A stretch of 64,000 nt of DNA from Eledone cirrhosa (taxonomy: Eukaryota), in contig CAXHJY010001320.1 in assembly GCA_964016885.1 (NCBI GenBank), forward strand, positions 12,525 to 76,524, written 5' to 3'. The notes under the pieces were generated by a model that saw nothing but the letters and a program-made list of their open reading frames with translations, was not told the origin of the DNA and did not search any database. Of this stretch, positions 1-13,009 are shown piece by piece. The first letter of the stretch is position 1. The number at the start of each line of letters is the position of its first letter. Made by a program: the position numbers and the translations under genes.

Positions 1-98
1 GTCAACATCGGCGGGATTTGAACTCAGATCGTAAAGGGACATAACTATGCTGGAAAGCATGGCGTCCGACCCTCCACCGATACTGCCAATCCACCGCC
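1..98 (-). mobile_element. tRNA-derived SINE family 1, 5' part (cut by window edge)
   Basis: The reverse complement has an A-box-like TGGCAGTATCGG and a B-box GAGTTCAAATCC. It is near-identical to copies at 771, 13355, 13809 and 25421. Confidence 0.85.
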
Positions 99-120
99 AT
101 AATATACATAATACATCACC

Positions 121-510
121 TAATAATAATAATAATTTCTTTATTAGCCACACAGTACTCATATCAAGAAAATATTAAGGACAGCACAGGATGATACAGT
201 GTAGGTTTTTGCATGGGGAAAATTATAAGGAAAACAATGAAAACTGTAAAAATCCAAACAAAAACAAGCCCCCCCCCCCCCAAGCACCTAATAAAGGAGA
301 AACTTTCAAGGGTCACCCATGGAGAAAGCCCTCAAAAAGCCATGGTTACCTTGACAGCTAGGGCCAGTGCCTCCTCCCAGTTGTCCTGCAATCTACAGGT
401 GCACACTCAGAGTAGCCACCAGATAGAGGAAAACTACCTGCCCTTCCTGGCCAAAAGAAGGCTGTGGGACGATCGTCACGATGGAGTTGGTTGATAGCCG
501 GATCCATTCT
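121..510 (-). mobile_element. probable LINE 3'-end remnant with (TTA)n tail
   Basis: The minus strand ends in AATAAGAAATTATTATTATTA after a higher-GC body. The family was not recognised. Confidence 0.35.
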
Positions 511-770
511 ACATACAATAATAGCCGTTTGACAAATCTCCACAAGTCAGTAATGCTTGGATGCAGGATGAGTGCATGCAGAATGGTTTCTTGGTAGCTT
601 TAGCATCAACTGCAGTAGTAGTAGTAATAGCAGTAGTGGTGGAAGAAGAAGTAGTAGCAGCAGCAACATCCAAAACTGTATTAACTATATATAAGATGTA
701 CATATATATATAGACGTTAAACGATATATAGGAAATTTGAAAATATTAATGCCACAATGCAGACAACTAT

Positions 771-960
771 AATAATTGTTTCTACTTTTGGCACAAGGCC
801 AGCAATTACCCAGTACATTACTGGGACTTTATTTTATCGACCTTGTAAAGATGAAAGGTAAAGTTAACCTCAACGGGATTTGTACTCAGACCGTAAACGG
901 ACGTAACTATGCTGGAAAGCATGGTGTCCGACCCTCTACCGATACTGCCAATTCACTGCC
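771..960 (-). mobile_element. tRNA-derived SINE family 1
   Basis: Full-length match to the other family 1 copies, ending in ...GTAGAAACAATTATT on the minus strand. Confidence 0.85.
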
Positions 961-1840
961 CTACAACTATAATAATAGTTGATAATTATAGATAATTTTT
1001 GAATAAATCTGGTAATGTACCATTGGAGACAGAAAAAATGGACAGAGATGCCTGCAGGGAACCAAACCACATTTCTTGTATGCTGGGTGAGCAAATTTAA
1101 CCATTATACCAAAATGTCCCTAACCACTAATTATCATTGTTTTACATGTTTTAAGTGTGATGCTAGAAGTGTAAACAAGACTTGATTGACTTATGAAGCA
1201 TCAGGAAATTTAAAATTTGAAAGTATAGTTGCTACAAATCAACTATTATAATAATAGTTGATAACTAAATAATAGTTAAATAAATTGGATAAAGTACTGA
1301 AGATGTAAAAAAATGGTTCTATGCTAGAAAACTCTTCGTTTTAAAATGTTTATATTTACAAAAAAAAACCTTCCATCACAATTTTATGTAAGAAACTTTG
1401 TTACTTTATGTTTCAAACATAAGTTTGATAACGAGCAAATATTAGTAAATCCCCCAAATTCTTGATTTGAAAATCACGTGTTTCATTAAAGAAATATAGT
1501 AATGTATGGGTTAAAATATCATTTCAAAAGAAATGAGAGATTGTTCTTTAAAAATTGCTTTTGCTCTCAGAAAAAAAATCCATTTATATAACGGAAATGT
1601 GTCAAAATATATTATGTACTTCCAGTGGAGGCTGAATAATAATTTAAACTGTCTGTTCTGAGCCACTGGGTGTAGGTAGGTGTTTCATACAGACATATTA
1701 ATAAATAGGTCATATCTACACTGTCATATATGATGAATCTCAAATAAATGGCAGGAAGGATTTAATTGCTTGACTGTTATTAATTTAATCATTTTACTCT
1801 TGTAATGTTAACCTTTCTCTTTTATAATCTGAAAGTATCA

Positions 1841-2690
1841 GACCCAGATTCCATTGTCAGAGAAGCTGAAAAGCATAAGCTATCAAAGTACGAGCTGCTC
1901 TTCATATGTTTATTGTAAAACCCATAGTGGTCAGCTGCAACTTTGTGAATTTAGTATTTGACCCAGATTCCATCATCCGGCAGGCTGTGAAGATTGCAAT
2001 CTAACAAAGCACTGGCTGCTCTTTGATGATATGTTTATTGTTAAACCCATTTCAGTGGAAACATCTGTCATTCTGGGTCCTCCAAACTCTACTTCCCTAC
2101 TTACTGTGATCAGGACAGAGATGGCCATCTGAAACTGCAAGAATGAACCCCATAAAGTGGAGTGGCTTCTTTTTGAATCTATAGCAGTGGAAATATCTGG
2201 CATTTTGGGTCAACAAACCACCTCCCAACTTACTGCAATCAGGATGAATGTGGATATCTGCAAGAATGAGCCCTACAAGTTAGACAGGCCCTTTCAGTAC
2301 ATCTCCCTTTCTATCCTCTAAGGATAAAATGTTTACAATTTTGTTTGCTGGGACCATAAGGCAACATCCACTTGTGATTTTGCATTTCAAAGAGACAGAA
2401 CAAGCTAATGGAAGAACATGGCAATCTTTCATTGGTAATTCATGCTGTTACTATTTGACATTTCTGTCTTCTGGGACCATGAGGCAACACTCTACTGAGG
2501 TGTTGCACTTCAGAGAGACAAAACAGATGAATGAAAGAATGTAACAACCTTTCATTGGTTGATTTGTGCTGATAACAGCTCCACTATAACAACACATCAA
2601 GAAATGATAAATAAAAGCTAGACCAACTAATACCCAGATGAAAGGTTTTATGAAAGCTAGACCAACTAATACCCAGATGAAAGGTTTTAT
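1841..2690. repeat. series of paired diverged tandem duplications (A-A'-B-B'-C-C'-D-D)
   Basis: GACCCAGATTCCAT occurs at 1841 and 1960; AGTGGAAAyATCTG at ~2054 and ~2186; CTGGGACCATrAGGCAACA at ~2347 and ~2471. AAAGCTAGACCAACTAATACCCAGATGAAAGGTTTTAT is exactly duplicated at ~2613-2690. Confidence 0.7.
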
Positions 2691-2947
2691 CACTGTTTAT
2701 ACAACATACAAGTTTTTATGGCTGTATAAACATGTTTGAAGGACATTTGTTTGTTTTGTCTGCTCCATTGTTTGGGAATGAGTTGTTAGAGTGTCAGTTA
2801 AATGCTTCTGTATTTATACTGGCTCTCTGTGCTCTGAGTTCAAATCTTTCCATGGTCAACTTTGCCTTTCATCCTTTCGGGGTTGATAAATAAAGTACTA
2901 GTGTTTTGATGACAAATTCTAAGCCAAATTTCAAATGTTCATTTCGT

Positions 2948-3902
2948 TTAACTCTTAATGTCTTGTGCCACATGGAAACATAGCATCACAATTGTCAAGA
3001 AAAGTACAAAACAGCAATGAACTCGCTAATATATGAGAAACACTCTAAATGCACACATTTTTATATATATATATACATGTATATTCTTTCTTGGTCTCTT
3101 AGTTTTGTTTTGTTCTTGTTTCTTCAGCAAACATAATAATAAACCTTAATATGGCTGTTTAAAAGGCAACAGAATTTCTTCATTGAAAAAAAAAAAAATC
3201 TTTTTTTTCAGTTTCTTTTAACTCTTAACATCCTAAAAATATATATAAGCAAATTTGTTAATCAAATGTTTATAGTGTCTTTAGAGGTGGCAAAAAGCGA
3301 AGTTGTTAGAATGAAATGCCTTGGTATTTCTTTTCTAGCTCACTTCAAATCCCACCAAGACAAATTTTAGCTTTCATTCTTTCGGGGGCGATAAAATACT
3401 AGTACATGGATGCAATAGATTGACTGACTTGTTAACTCTTGACAGTCTTTAATGATTTAACAAAAAATGTCTTTAATAAAAAAAAAGTGGGGGTTGTTAA
3501 TTCAAATGTTTATAGTATGTTTTACTAGTGAACAGATTATGAAAATTTGGAGTAAACTGAAGATTTTAATTTTTAATGTGATGCAGTTAATAGTGCTGCT
3601 GTGTACATTTCAAAAAGGTAGTTTAATATGGTATGAGAGATTGAATTAGTTGGGTGGAATGCTCTGTGCATTCTGCAATCAAATCTCACTTCATTCTGTC
3701 AAGAGATGCAGCCAGCAGATAGTATCAGCAATAAAAAGACTTATGGTAACATTAGTTACCTTGGTCCAATGTCAATCAGCTTCTTTCCTTTCATGGCGTC
3801 TTCATTAGTGGATAGATCATTGGGAAAAGTTGCAGTATTAGAGTAAAGAGTTAAAATGTTAATGTGATACAGGTTCATGTGGCACAGGATGTTAAGAGTT
3901 AA
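2948..3902. mobile_element. degenerate TTAA-flanked inverted-repeat element (piggyBac-like MITE)
   Basis: TTAACTCTTAATGTCTTGTGCCACATG and CATGTGGCACAGGATGTTAAGAGTTAA form imperfect inverted termini with TTAA at both ends. Confidence 0.5.
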
Positions 3903-4587
3903 GTTGAAAGACCATAATATTGGTTTAGATTTATATTTGCCGTATCATGGTTATCATTGATCTTTTTTTTTGCTCTTTTTTTTTTAAACCTCTTCTTTAA
4001 GTCTCATCATTCATTTTCACCCAATTTTTTTCTTCTTTAGAAATATATTTTAAAAAATCAATGGGAGTGAGGAAGTTGAGAGGCATCAAAATCTGTGTGT
4101 TCCTACCAACTAGCCTTATTACTTGGCTAAAACAAAACAGTCAAATTTTTCTCTTTCTCTCTCTGATTCAAGATCACAATCATTTATTTGTTCATTCATT
4201 TTCACACAACACTATTGTGGAAAAATCAATTTAAATGTCACACAATCTTTTATTTCTTCTTGCTATTCTTGTTTTTGTTTATCTATATATCTAAAACAGA
4301 GAATGTCTGTCTGACTCCCTAAAACTCAACAACCACCCAACCGAGTTTTTTCAAACTTTACACATGTAATACTTATGGTCCTGTGAGTGTTTTGAGCAAA
4401 AAATATTTCAAATTTTCAATGCCCTAGGGACCGGTTAGCGATCTCTCTTTCTCTTAGTCTCTCTTTTTATATAGATACATAGATATAACGTTGCGCCCTT
4501 ATAATATCTGTTTGTATGTCTGGCTGTCTGCATTATGACATTATGACGCTGTGTGTGTGTGTGTGTGTATATATATGTATATATATA

Positions 4588-4631
<44 letters not shown>

Positions 4632-4636
<5 letters not shown>

Positions 4637-4680
4637 GGAGGTGAGTTTTATTGTACTACAATAAAACTCACCTCCTACAT
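4632..4680. repeat. perfect 24-bp inverted repeat (1-nt spacer) at the 5' junction of PLE-1
   Basis: ATGTAGGAGGTGAGTTTTATTGTA-C-TACAATAAAACTCACCTCCTACAT directly follows a (TA)n run. Confidence 0.95.
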
Positions 4681-4759
4681 TAACTTGCTCCTTAACGGTT
4701 GAGTGCTTACTCTCATATTGGATACCTTTTGATGGTCCTTTACCGTTTTCTTCTACAAC

Positions 4760-7254
4760 ATGGATTATTACAACATAACCAATTCAACTAAAGACATTCC
4801 TATACCTGGTAAATCTGAATTCACCAAACTTCTAATTGAAAAAACTGACTCCTTCGTAAGAAGACTTAGATGGATAGCCTATTTCTATGACCAGCGCCTA
4901 AAAGGGAACTTCTATACCAAGGAACATAACTTCCTCGATTATCTATTTAATTCTAGAAGAAATCCTCCTTCCAACAAAAATCTAGTGCAATTCGAAGAAG
5001 AGTTAACTAAAATTATAAAAAATCTTAAATTCAAGAGATACCCTTACAAAGGACAAGAGCACCTTGTAAATCTCAAGAACACAATTTCAAACCTAAATTC
5101 CTCAAAAAATGTTTTAGTCCACTCTGACAAAACCAATAACTTATATGGTATTTCCAAGGATAATTATAACAACCTTATCCTAAAGGAACTTAGGAAAAAA
5201 TATCGTAAAACCAACCATGATAATTTAGAACACATAAACTTTGAAGCCTCTGAGATTATGTCAAAACTTGGCATTGAAAAAAAGACCGAACCATTCCTCC
5301 CAAGAACTCCGAGGATAAATCTCAAGGATCACAAAAACAATTTTCGCACTGAACTACCTGTTAGATTAATCGCCCCCTCTAAATCAGATCTGGGGGTTGT
5401 TAGTAAAGCCATCTTGGATAGAATTATCCCACAGGTTCGTTCTAATTGCTCTTCTTTGAACCTAAATTTATGGTTTGGTACTTCTGAAGTGATTAGCTGG
5501 TTCAACAAATTGAATAATAAAAACAAACTAAAATTTGTTCAATTTGATATTGCCAGCTACTATTCTTCTATTTCGCCTTCACTTCTCAATAATGCTCTAT
5601 CTTTCGCACTTAAATATTCTGACATCACCACAGATGAACTTCACATCATTCTCACCGCATGTAAAACCATCCTAGAGTTCAACAACGAATATTGGACCAG
5701 AGCCGATACCTCTAACAACTTCGACATCACAATGGGAGCATCCGATTCATCCCAATTGACAGATTTAATTGGTATCTTTATTTTGAACTCTTTGAGTCGG
5801 AAAATTCCTCAACTTCGCGGTGGAATTTATCGTGACGATGGACTCTTTACTATCTTAAATTGCAACATAGTTAACCTTAATATTATTAAGAACAATATAC
5901 GTAATCTCTTTAACCAACATAACCTAAAAATTGAATTTGATAATAGCATCAAACTAGCTAATTTCTTGGATGTATCTCTTAATCTTGACACTGGCCTATA
6001 TTACCCTTACCATAAAAACAATGAGAACCTAAATTATGTTAACTTTAAATCTAACCATCCTACTAATATCAAGAATGCTATAGTTAGTAATATTGGAAAA
6101 AGAATATCTAACCTATCTTCTAATAAAAACATCTTTGATGCTAACGCCAATTACTATAATAACGCGCTTTCTAAAGCCGGCTATCCTGATAAAATCAAAT
6201 ATAGTAAAGAAACAAATTCTAGAAGAACTTACAGTAGAATAATTAATCATGATCATTCCAATAACTTTAATAAAAGACCTAGATACAAAAACATAATCTG
6301 GTATAATGCTCCTTTCTCCATCTCTATTAATAACAATATTAGGCATCCAGCTGTAGAAATTAAGCCAGAATCAGTTCCCGTCCCACCCTTGCAAGCAGGG
6401 AAAAAGCGGACGTAAAATGAAATGATGAATGATGATTACTAAATTATTCTTTAGTGCCTTAAATAAATGCTTCCCTCCCTCACATATCTATAGTAAAATA
6501 TTTAACAAACACACTATAAAATTTTCCTATTCTACATCCTCCAACATTTCCAACATTACCTCTAAACACAACAATAAAATACTAAATACTAAATCTCTTC
6601 CTTCCAACACTGAATATCATAATAATAGTAATAGTACTCCTGACGTCATTGTAAACCCTAGGCTAATTTCTGCAAACCCAAATACGTCAAACACAACTTC
6701 GCTAAATGTTCTTAATCCCATTCTAAATCAAGAAACTATTATTCCTATCGCAAATAACTTCTCCAATCCAATTCCTTCTATAGATAACACTAGGTCACTC
6801 GTTAATAATCTCTCTAATCGCAATTGCAATTGCCCTGTTAAAAATAAATGTCCTCTCAACAACCATTGTCTTGATAAAAACTTAATTTACGAATGTAAAG
6901 TTATAACTGACACCAATTCCTTCACCTATTTTGGCTCCACTTCCACCTCTTTTAAAGCTCGTCTTTATAACCATCATTCGTCTTTTAAATACAAACTTAA
7001 AAGAACCAACACGGCTCTCTCAGAACTCATATGGTCCTTGAAAGACAAAAATATTAAATATAGCATCTTTTGGAAGAAGGTTTCTTCTGCGTCTCCATAC
7101 TTGAACAGTTCTCTATCCAAAATTTGCAATCTCTGTCTAAATGAAAAAATTTACCATTATATCTAATTAAGATTCTATAATAAATAGACGCACTGACTTG
7201 TTTTCTATCTGCTTGCATAAATTCCACAAAACATTCCACAAAGTATACAGCTAA
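4760..7254 (+). pseudogene. Penelope-like element PLE-1 (Naiad-type), RT + C-terminal GIY-YIG endonuclease, disrupted
   Basis: Motifs include SDKTNNLY, FDIASYYSSI, FDITMGASD, IYRDDGL, FLDVSLNL, SNHP, WYNAPF, CNC-x5-CPL-x3-C, YFGSTSTSFKARLYNH and CNLCLNEK. It is split by a 97-bp insertion, and there is a frameshift plus stop near 7150 before INRRTDLFSICLHK. Confidence 0.9.
6342..6438 (+). mobile_element. 5'-truncated SINE family 2 tail inserted into PLE-1
   Basis: It matches 19719-19801 (GGCATCCAGCTGTAGAAAT...CGGACGTAAAATGAAATG) and ends in (GAT)n-like repeats. ATTA is duplicated at 6338-6341 and 6435-6438. Confidence 0.9.
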
Positions 7255-7677
7255 TATTCTTTATCAATTTAGGATCTTTTTCTCAAAGGCACATATATAT
7301 ATATATACACTTCTTTAAAAATATACCCATCTTTTCTACCTTATTTCAAAGGTTATTATACATTCTATAATACTTGTTACTCATTCTATATCGCTCCTAT
7401 TTATCACTTCCCTTTCTTCTCTTTTTCTTTTAATGTCTAACCCCTAATCTGTACCTTTTCTCACTGTTGTCTAACATAGAATCAATTATTACATAATACA
7501 ATACATTCTTACTCTATATCACCTTGTAAAAATCCTTCGTAAACAAATATTTTTTTGACGTTAGATTATTCATCCTCAATTCATTATTTTTTTCTCCCTT
7601 TCATCTAACTCATTCATGCTCATCTCACAATATATCCTTACTTAAATTACCTGTTGTTCTTTTTAATAATGCATATC

Positions 7678-7845
7678 AACATTTTCTTTCCATCGCACAT
7701 ATTATTAAACCCTTAAATATTATTCTTAATACATATTAACTTTTTCTTTTCCATCGCACATGTTATTAAACCCTTAAATATTATACTTAATACATATTAA
7801 CATTTTCTTTTCATCGCACATATTATTAAACCCCTCAATATACAA
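7678..7845. repeat. ~60-bp minisatellite, about 3 copies, downstream of PLE-1 ORF
   Basis: CATCGCACATrTTATTAAACCC recurs at ~7691, ~7752 and ~7812. Confidence 0.8.
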
Positions 7846-8299
7846 ACCTTAACTTTACATTATTTTTCTCTTCGTTAATTTTCAAATTCTTTTAATTTAT
7901 ACATTATCTTCCAACGGTTTTCAACCTCTCTATGTAAAACAATATATCTTTCTCAGTTATAAAAGCTATCTCTCTCTCTCTATCACCCATCTCTCCTTCT
8001 ATCTCATCCTTCCTCATTATACTCCTCCCTCTCCACTTTTTACTCTCATCTCCTCCTCTTTTTCATCCTTTCCACCCCACCCCCCTCAAAATAAAATATT
8101 TTTCCCAATATCACACATCAATCTAAAACTACTTTTCATATGTTGATTTAAAACTGCACTATCCACAAGTGTTTTTTAACCTTCATATCATGTCTTCCTG
8201 TTTTATCTGATGAAAACACAAATATTATTGCATGATGATATTTGTTTTTGAAATGCGCATAATAAAATACATGGAACTCTTTTAACCATCTTTTGTTCT

Positions 8300-8332
<33 letters not shown>

Positions 8333-8384
8333 GAGTGTAACGTTTTTTGAAATATTTACTTCTGCATTCACAGATTGTTTTTTT

Positions 8385-8435
8385 AGTTTCAGAAGATCCC
8401 ATTAAGAGTGAAAGCAGTGATTCTTTGCTTAAACT
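8385..8435 (+). ncRNA. type I hammerhead ribozyme, non-canonical core (CAGAAGA)
   Basis: The fold is AGTTT-CAGAAGA-tCCCattaaGAGt-GAAA-GCAgtgattcttTGC-TT-AAACT. A homologous copy lies at 58506-58556. Confidence 0.55.
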
Positions 8436-9305
8436 TTAATCTGTTATTTTAATATATATAATTATATGTTCGTGTACAGATATTTTTGCATACACAATAA
8501 CAAAATATAAACAAACGTATTTATTTCACGAGGCTCGATAAGGATAAATATATATCAAATATATAAGAACCCTAGAGCAAATCCCGAGCAACGGCGGGCC
8601 ATTCTGCTAGTATACATATATATATGTATATAAAGTAGGTGGTGGAATGAGCAGTAGTTTTGTTTATATACATATATATATATGTATATAAAGTAGGTGG
8701 TGGAATGAGCAGTAGTTTGTTTTGTTGTTTAATTCCAGGTTATCCCTGATCAGGCAGACCTATGATCTAAATCAATTCCAGCTGTGACCATCCCATCTTT
8801 TTTCTAATATCCAGAGAACCCAAGACCACATTAGCAAGTTGAGTGATCACATAACGGCTCCATTGCTGACACGAAATAGTTACCAGTAAAATGCTGGGTA
8901 TATTAAATCAACTACATGTACATCTCACTTCTCCTGCCAACCCCACCACTAATATTTATGTTCTGAATATCCAAGTCCTTTTCACTCCTGTTGGAAGAAC
9001 CCCTACCTGGTTGACCTCCACCGCTTTCTGTTTGGTTTTGGTTGTCAGGAGTGGAGCCATACTCACCAAGCCTGGCCAATTGCAGGTTGGTGAAGCTATG
9101 TAACTATAGTTGGGCTGTTGACTTTGAGGAGTTCATCTCCCTTTTCATGTTTTGAATAACAATATTATATTTATGAAGCCAGTAGCATGTGAAATGATGA
9201 AATAAATTAAGTATCCACATTACATAAAAATTAGCTGTCTATATTACAAAATTAGGTGTCTACATTACATAATTGGGTCATTTTTCAAAAATGTCATTGT
9301 ATTCA

Positions 9306-9494
9306 TTAATCTATTAGCATTTACATTAGTCTATATTTACTATTATATTTTCACAGTAAAGGCTTTATCTCACATAATATCAAATCTATGAGATTTTGAT
9401 ATTATTTATTTTGAGTGGCCAGTTACGGTTGGTTTGAACAGCAAGAGGTGAAAAAATTCTGGCTAGATACAACCATTTTAAATGCTAGCGTTAA
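9306..9494. mobile_element. degenerate piggyBac-like MITE
   Basis: Reverse-orientation homologue of 25639-25843, with TTAA at both ends. Confidence 0.65.
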
Positions 9495-10789
9495 TGTTTA
9501 CAGTAAAAAGTCATGGTTCATTGAGTTTTAAAAAATACATACTTTTTCTGTGAAAATGCCACACATTGTTAAGAAATTCACTTCGCTTCAGGTTGTAAAA
9601 TTAACTAGATGGAAACTGTTTGAAAGCCCATTGTGGGACTGTACCTATAACTCAAAGCCAGTCGTTGTCACTCACACAGTATCATGCTGAATCTCCCTGA
9701 GAATTACATTAACAGAACATGTGTCAGTGGGTTGCTCAACCACTCACATTATAATACAAGATGGACTGTACTTATAATTCAAAGGGCCCATCACTGTCAC
9801 TCACACATTGCTGAATCTCCCTGAAAAGTACATTAAGTAAACATATGTCTGTGTGAAACTCAACCACTTGCATATTAATTTCAGGAACAGGCTGCTCTAC
9901 TGATCGAACAACTCAAACAGCTGTTGTTGGAACCAATGGAGGTCTATTCCATTGGTTTATTTTCATACAATGAAAAGTCATGGCTCATAGAGTTAAAATA
10001 AATACATGTTTTTATTGTGAAAGCAATAAAAAACATGTCTCATCAAGAATTTCACACAAAAGACTAATTATAAATACAGACCTTATAATTAGCTGTCTAT
10101 ATTACAAAATTAGTTATCTACATTACATAATTGGGTAATTTTAAAAAAAAATGTTATTATATTTATTAAAATGTAACAAGGCACACATAATTTGATTGAT
10201 CTAGAGAGAGTTTCTCTGTTCAAATTATCTATTTCTAAATATTAGCACAAAGGAAGGGGAGAGAACAGGGCCAGCCCTACCATGAATGCCAATTAAGCAG
10301 CTGCCTAGTGTACAGACCTCAGAGAGATGCAATACTGAGCTTTAAAGGATCACAGTATTATACAAATTCTTATAAATATTTTAGATATATAATAATTTCC
10401 TGCAATCAGTAAATAAATCAATTGCAATGCTCCAGTGTGACCCTCAGCCAGTCAGCTGGAACAAGTAAAAAAGTAAATTATTAAACATCTTTGCCATGTA
10501 GCAGTTATGGAAATACCCAAAGTAGTGAAGAGGCCATATGGTGTTATGATCTGTATCACGATTTGCTATGAGTGAGCAGGTGTAATAATGTTTTTAGTGT
10601 GAGCAAGAAGTATCAAAAACTAGCTTTGTCAGCTTACTAAACAGTAAGTTGAAATTATTTTATTCGGGGGAATGGAGCACATAATTGAATGAAGAGTGTG
10701 CATAACTGAAAGATAGGGGTCCTCATTGTATTGTTACTGAGAAAAAAGTATTTTTTCTCAGTACAACTCAAATCCAACTAGTTTACTGA

Positions 10790-12378
10790 AAAGTGAAATG
10801 ACCCAATGCAAAAAAGACCTTGATGAGGTGTACACAACTGCTCTTGCAGAGTATGTAGAAGGAAAAAATAAGCAAACTTAAGACCCTTCATACAAACAAA
10901 CAGCATGCAGCCACATGGGCTTTAATCAATGAAATAACTGGCAAAAAAGAAAAGCATTCACCCATCATCAAAGGAGGCTCTCAAGAAGCTAGGAAAAAGA
11001 GCTGGACTGACTACTTCAAGGGTCTACTGGGCGAACCATCCCCTGTAGGCGATCTCTCAAAGTCTCACCTGAACTTGACATCTCTACTGGACTTTTCATC
11101 TTGAGTGAGATCAACCAGGTGATCAAAACACTTGCAAACAAAAGATCACCCGGTCTCGACAACATACCCAGTATAATTTGGAAAGACCCAAACCTTACTT
11201 CAGTCCTATCATCAATCTGCAACGACACCTTTATCAACAAAACTTCTCTAAAAAGTTGGCTAAAAGCAGGCATAGTTCCTGTCCCCCAAAAAGGCGACCC
11301 CCCCCCCCCCCCAAACTACCAAGGAATATCACTTATGCCCATTGCTGCCAAGATCTACAAGCTAATCCTCAACCGTATAGTTCCGTATGTTGATCCAAAT
11401 CCTTCGCATCAACCAAAACGGTTTTAGGTGTGGTAGATCTACACTTGCACAGATTTTGGCCTTGAGAAGAGTAGTGGAGATGAGAAACTCCAACAGACAA
11501 ATGGCTCTAGTTTTTGTTGACTTTAGAAAAGCTTTTGACAGCATAAACAGACATTCTGTTTGAAATTCTACCCTTGTATTGCATCCCAGCAAGACTTGTA
11601 GAAGCAATTAAGGCTCTGTATCTCAACACAAGTGCCACAATCATCATCCGTGATAGCCCAACAGGGTTCTTTGACATTTCAACAGGAGTGCTGCAGGGTG
11701 AGTCTCTTGCCCCATTCCTCTTTATCATTTCACTAGACTACACCCTGAGACCCTCAATTGACAAAATCAATAACAAAGGTATAACCATCAAACCCTGCAT
11801 GAGCTCTAGGCACCCCTCTAAACATCTCACTGACCTTGTACTTCTTGCAGATTGCCTAGAAAATGTGCAACAACTTTTGACATCTCTCCAAGCATGGTCA
11901 GCTTGCAAAAAAATGTCGCTCAAATCTTTCCAAAAACACCAAAATCAGACTCTTCCAAGTAACAATTCAGCCAATCTTGCTATATGGAAGTGAAACATGG
12001 ACGCTTTCATCCATCCAAACAACAAAAGCGCATTGATGGTACTTACACTCATCTGCTTCAACGCATTCAGAACATAAGCTGGTGGTATCTGACTTTGAGA
12101 GAGATATATGCCGGCCTCCCACGCATATCTGTCGTACGTAAAAGGAGAGTAAGATTTGCTGGCCACTGCCATCGTGCTGCCTATGAGGCTGTGTCCCCAT
12201 TAGTACTTTAGAAACCATAAGCAGTCACTAATAACAGGGGACACAAGCTCTCCTATCCCGATGTCGTCTCCAGAGATTCTGGTATTGAAATCCAGCATTT
12301 GGCAGTGGCAATGAACGACAGACCCACTTGGATATCAATTGTTTAGTCGATTTTGGCTGAGGCCGCCAGATGATGATG
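10790..12378 (+). mobile_element. old RTE-clade LINE, frameshifted RT
   Basis: Motifs SPGLDNIP, NYQGISLM, FVDFRKAFDSI, GVLQGESLAPFLF and RFAGHCHR are spread across frames. It ends in a GATGATGATG tail. Confidence 0.85.
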
Positions 12379-13009
12379 TATTGCTAACTTAGGGTACTAA
12401 ATATCCAGGTACTGCCTCTGGAGCCAGGTGATAGTAGAGGTGGTGCTATACCAAGGGGTGGTGTTAAACCAGATGGTGATTTCAGTCTACCACACAAATT
12501 AAGCCTGAAAGACAGTCAAGGTTAGTAGAATTTGTACCTAGAATATAACTTTTGCATATTATGTAAGAAAGTAGTATCAAGCAAAAACAGTTTGAATTGA
12601 TCTGTAACGATTATTATAATTTCCTATAAAAACTTCAAAAATTAATAGAAACTGCATCCTTGGGAGATAAACCACTTGTGGAACAAACTAAATCATTCTT
12701 ATATAAGGAACCAGAGTGCCAAGAGGTAACTCATGCATCCAAATATTGGAGAAATAAAGAAATGACATTAAGGATTGTGATGAATCCCAACATTATGACA
12801 TTAGACCTTCATAACCTTAGCGATTCTAAATACTGTATCATTAAAAAAAAATATTTTCATTATTGAATATAGTTGTTTGTTAATGCTTTCATTTACAGAA
12901 TAATTTTGATCTGTGTTTGTAGGAGGCTAAATGTAAGCCATTTTTTCCGTTAGATTTTCTACATGAATGTAATCTCATTTCTACAAATATAAAACAATGA
13001 AATGTCCCC

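Larger units (their letters stand above)
4282..8610 (+). mobile_element. non-autonomous Helitron (hosts the nested Penelope-like element)
   Basis: The 5' end is A|TCTATATATCTAAAA...TGTCTGTCTG. The 3' end has a GC hairpin CCCG-AGCAACGG-CGGG (8583-8598) just before CTAG|T at 8607-8611. It sits in an A|T target with no TSD. Confidence 0.7.

Noticed and set aside
8200-8225. CTGATGA hammerhead core at ~8206
   Set aside because: No stem II/GAAA/stem III arrangement follows, and the homologous position near 58605 lacks the motif.
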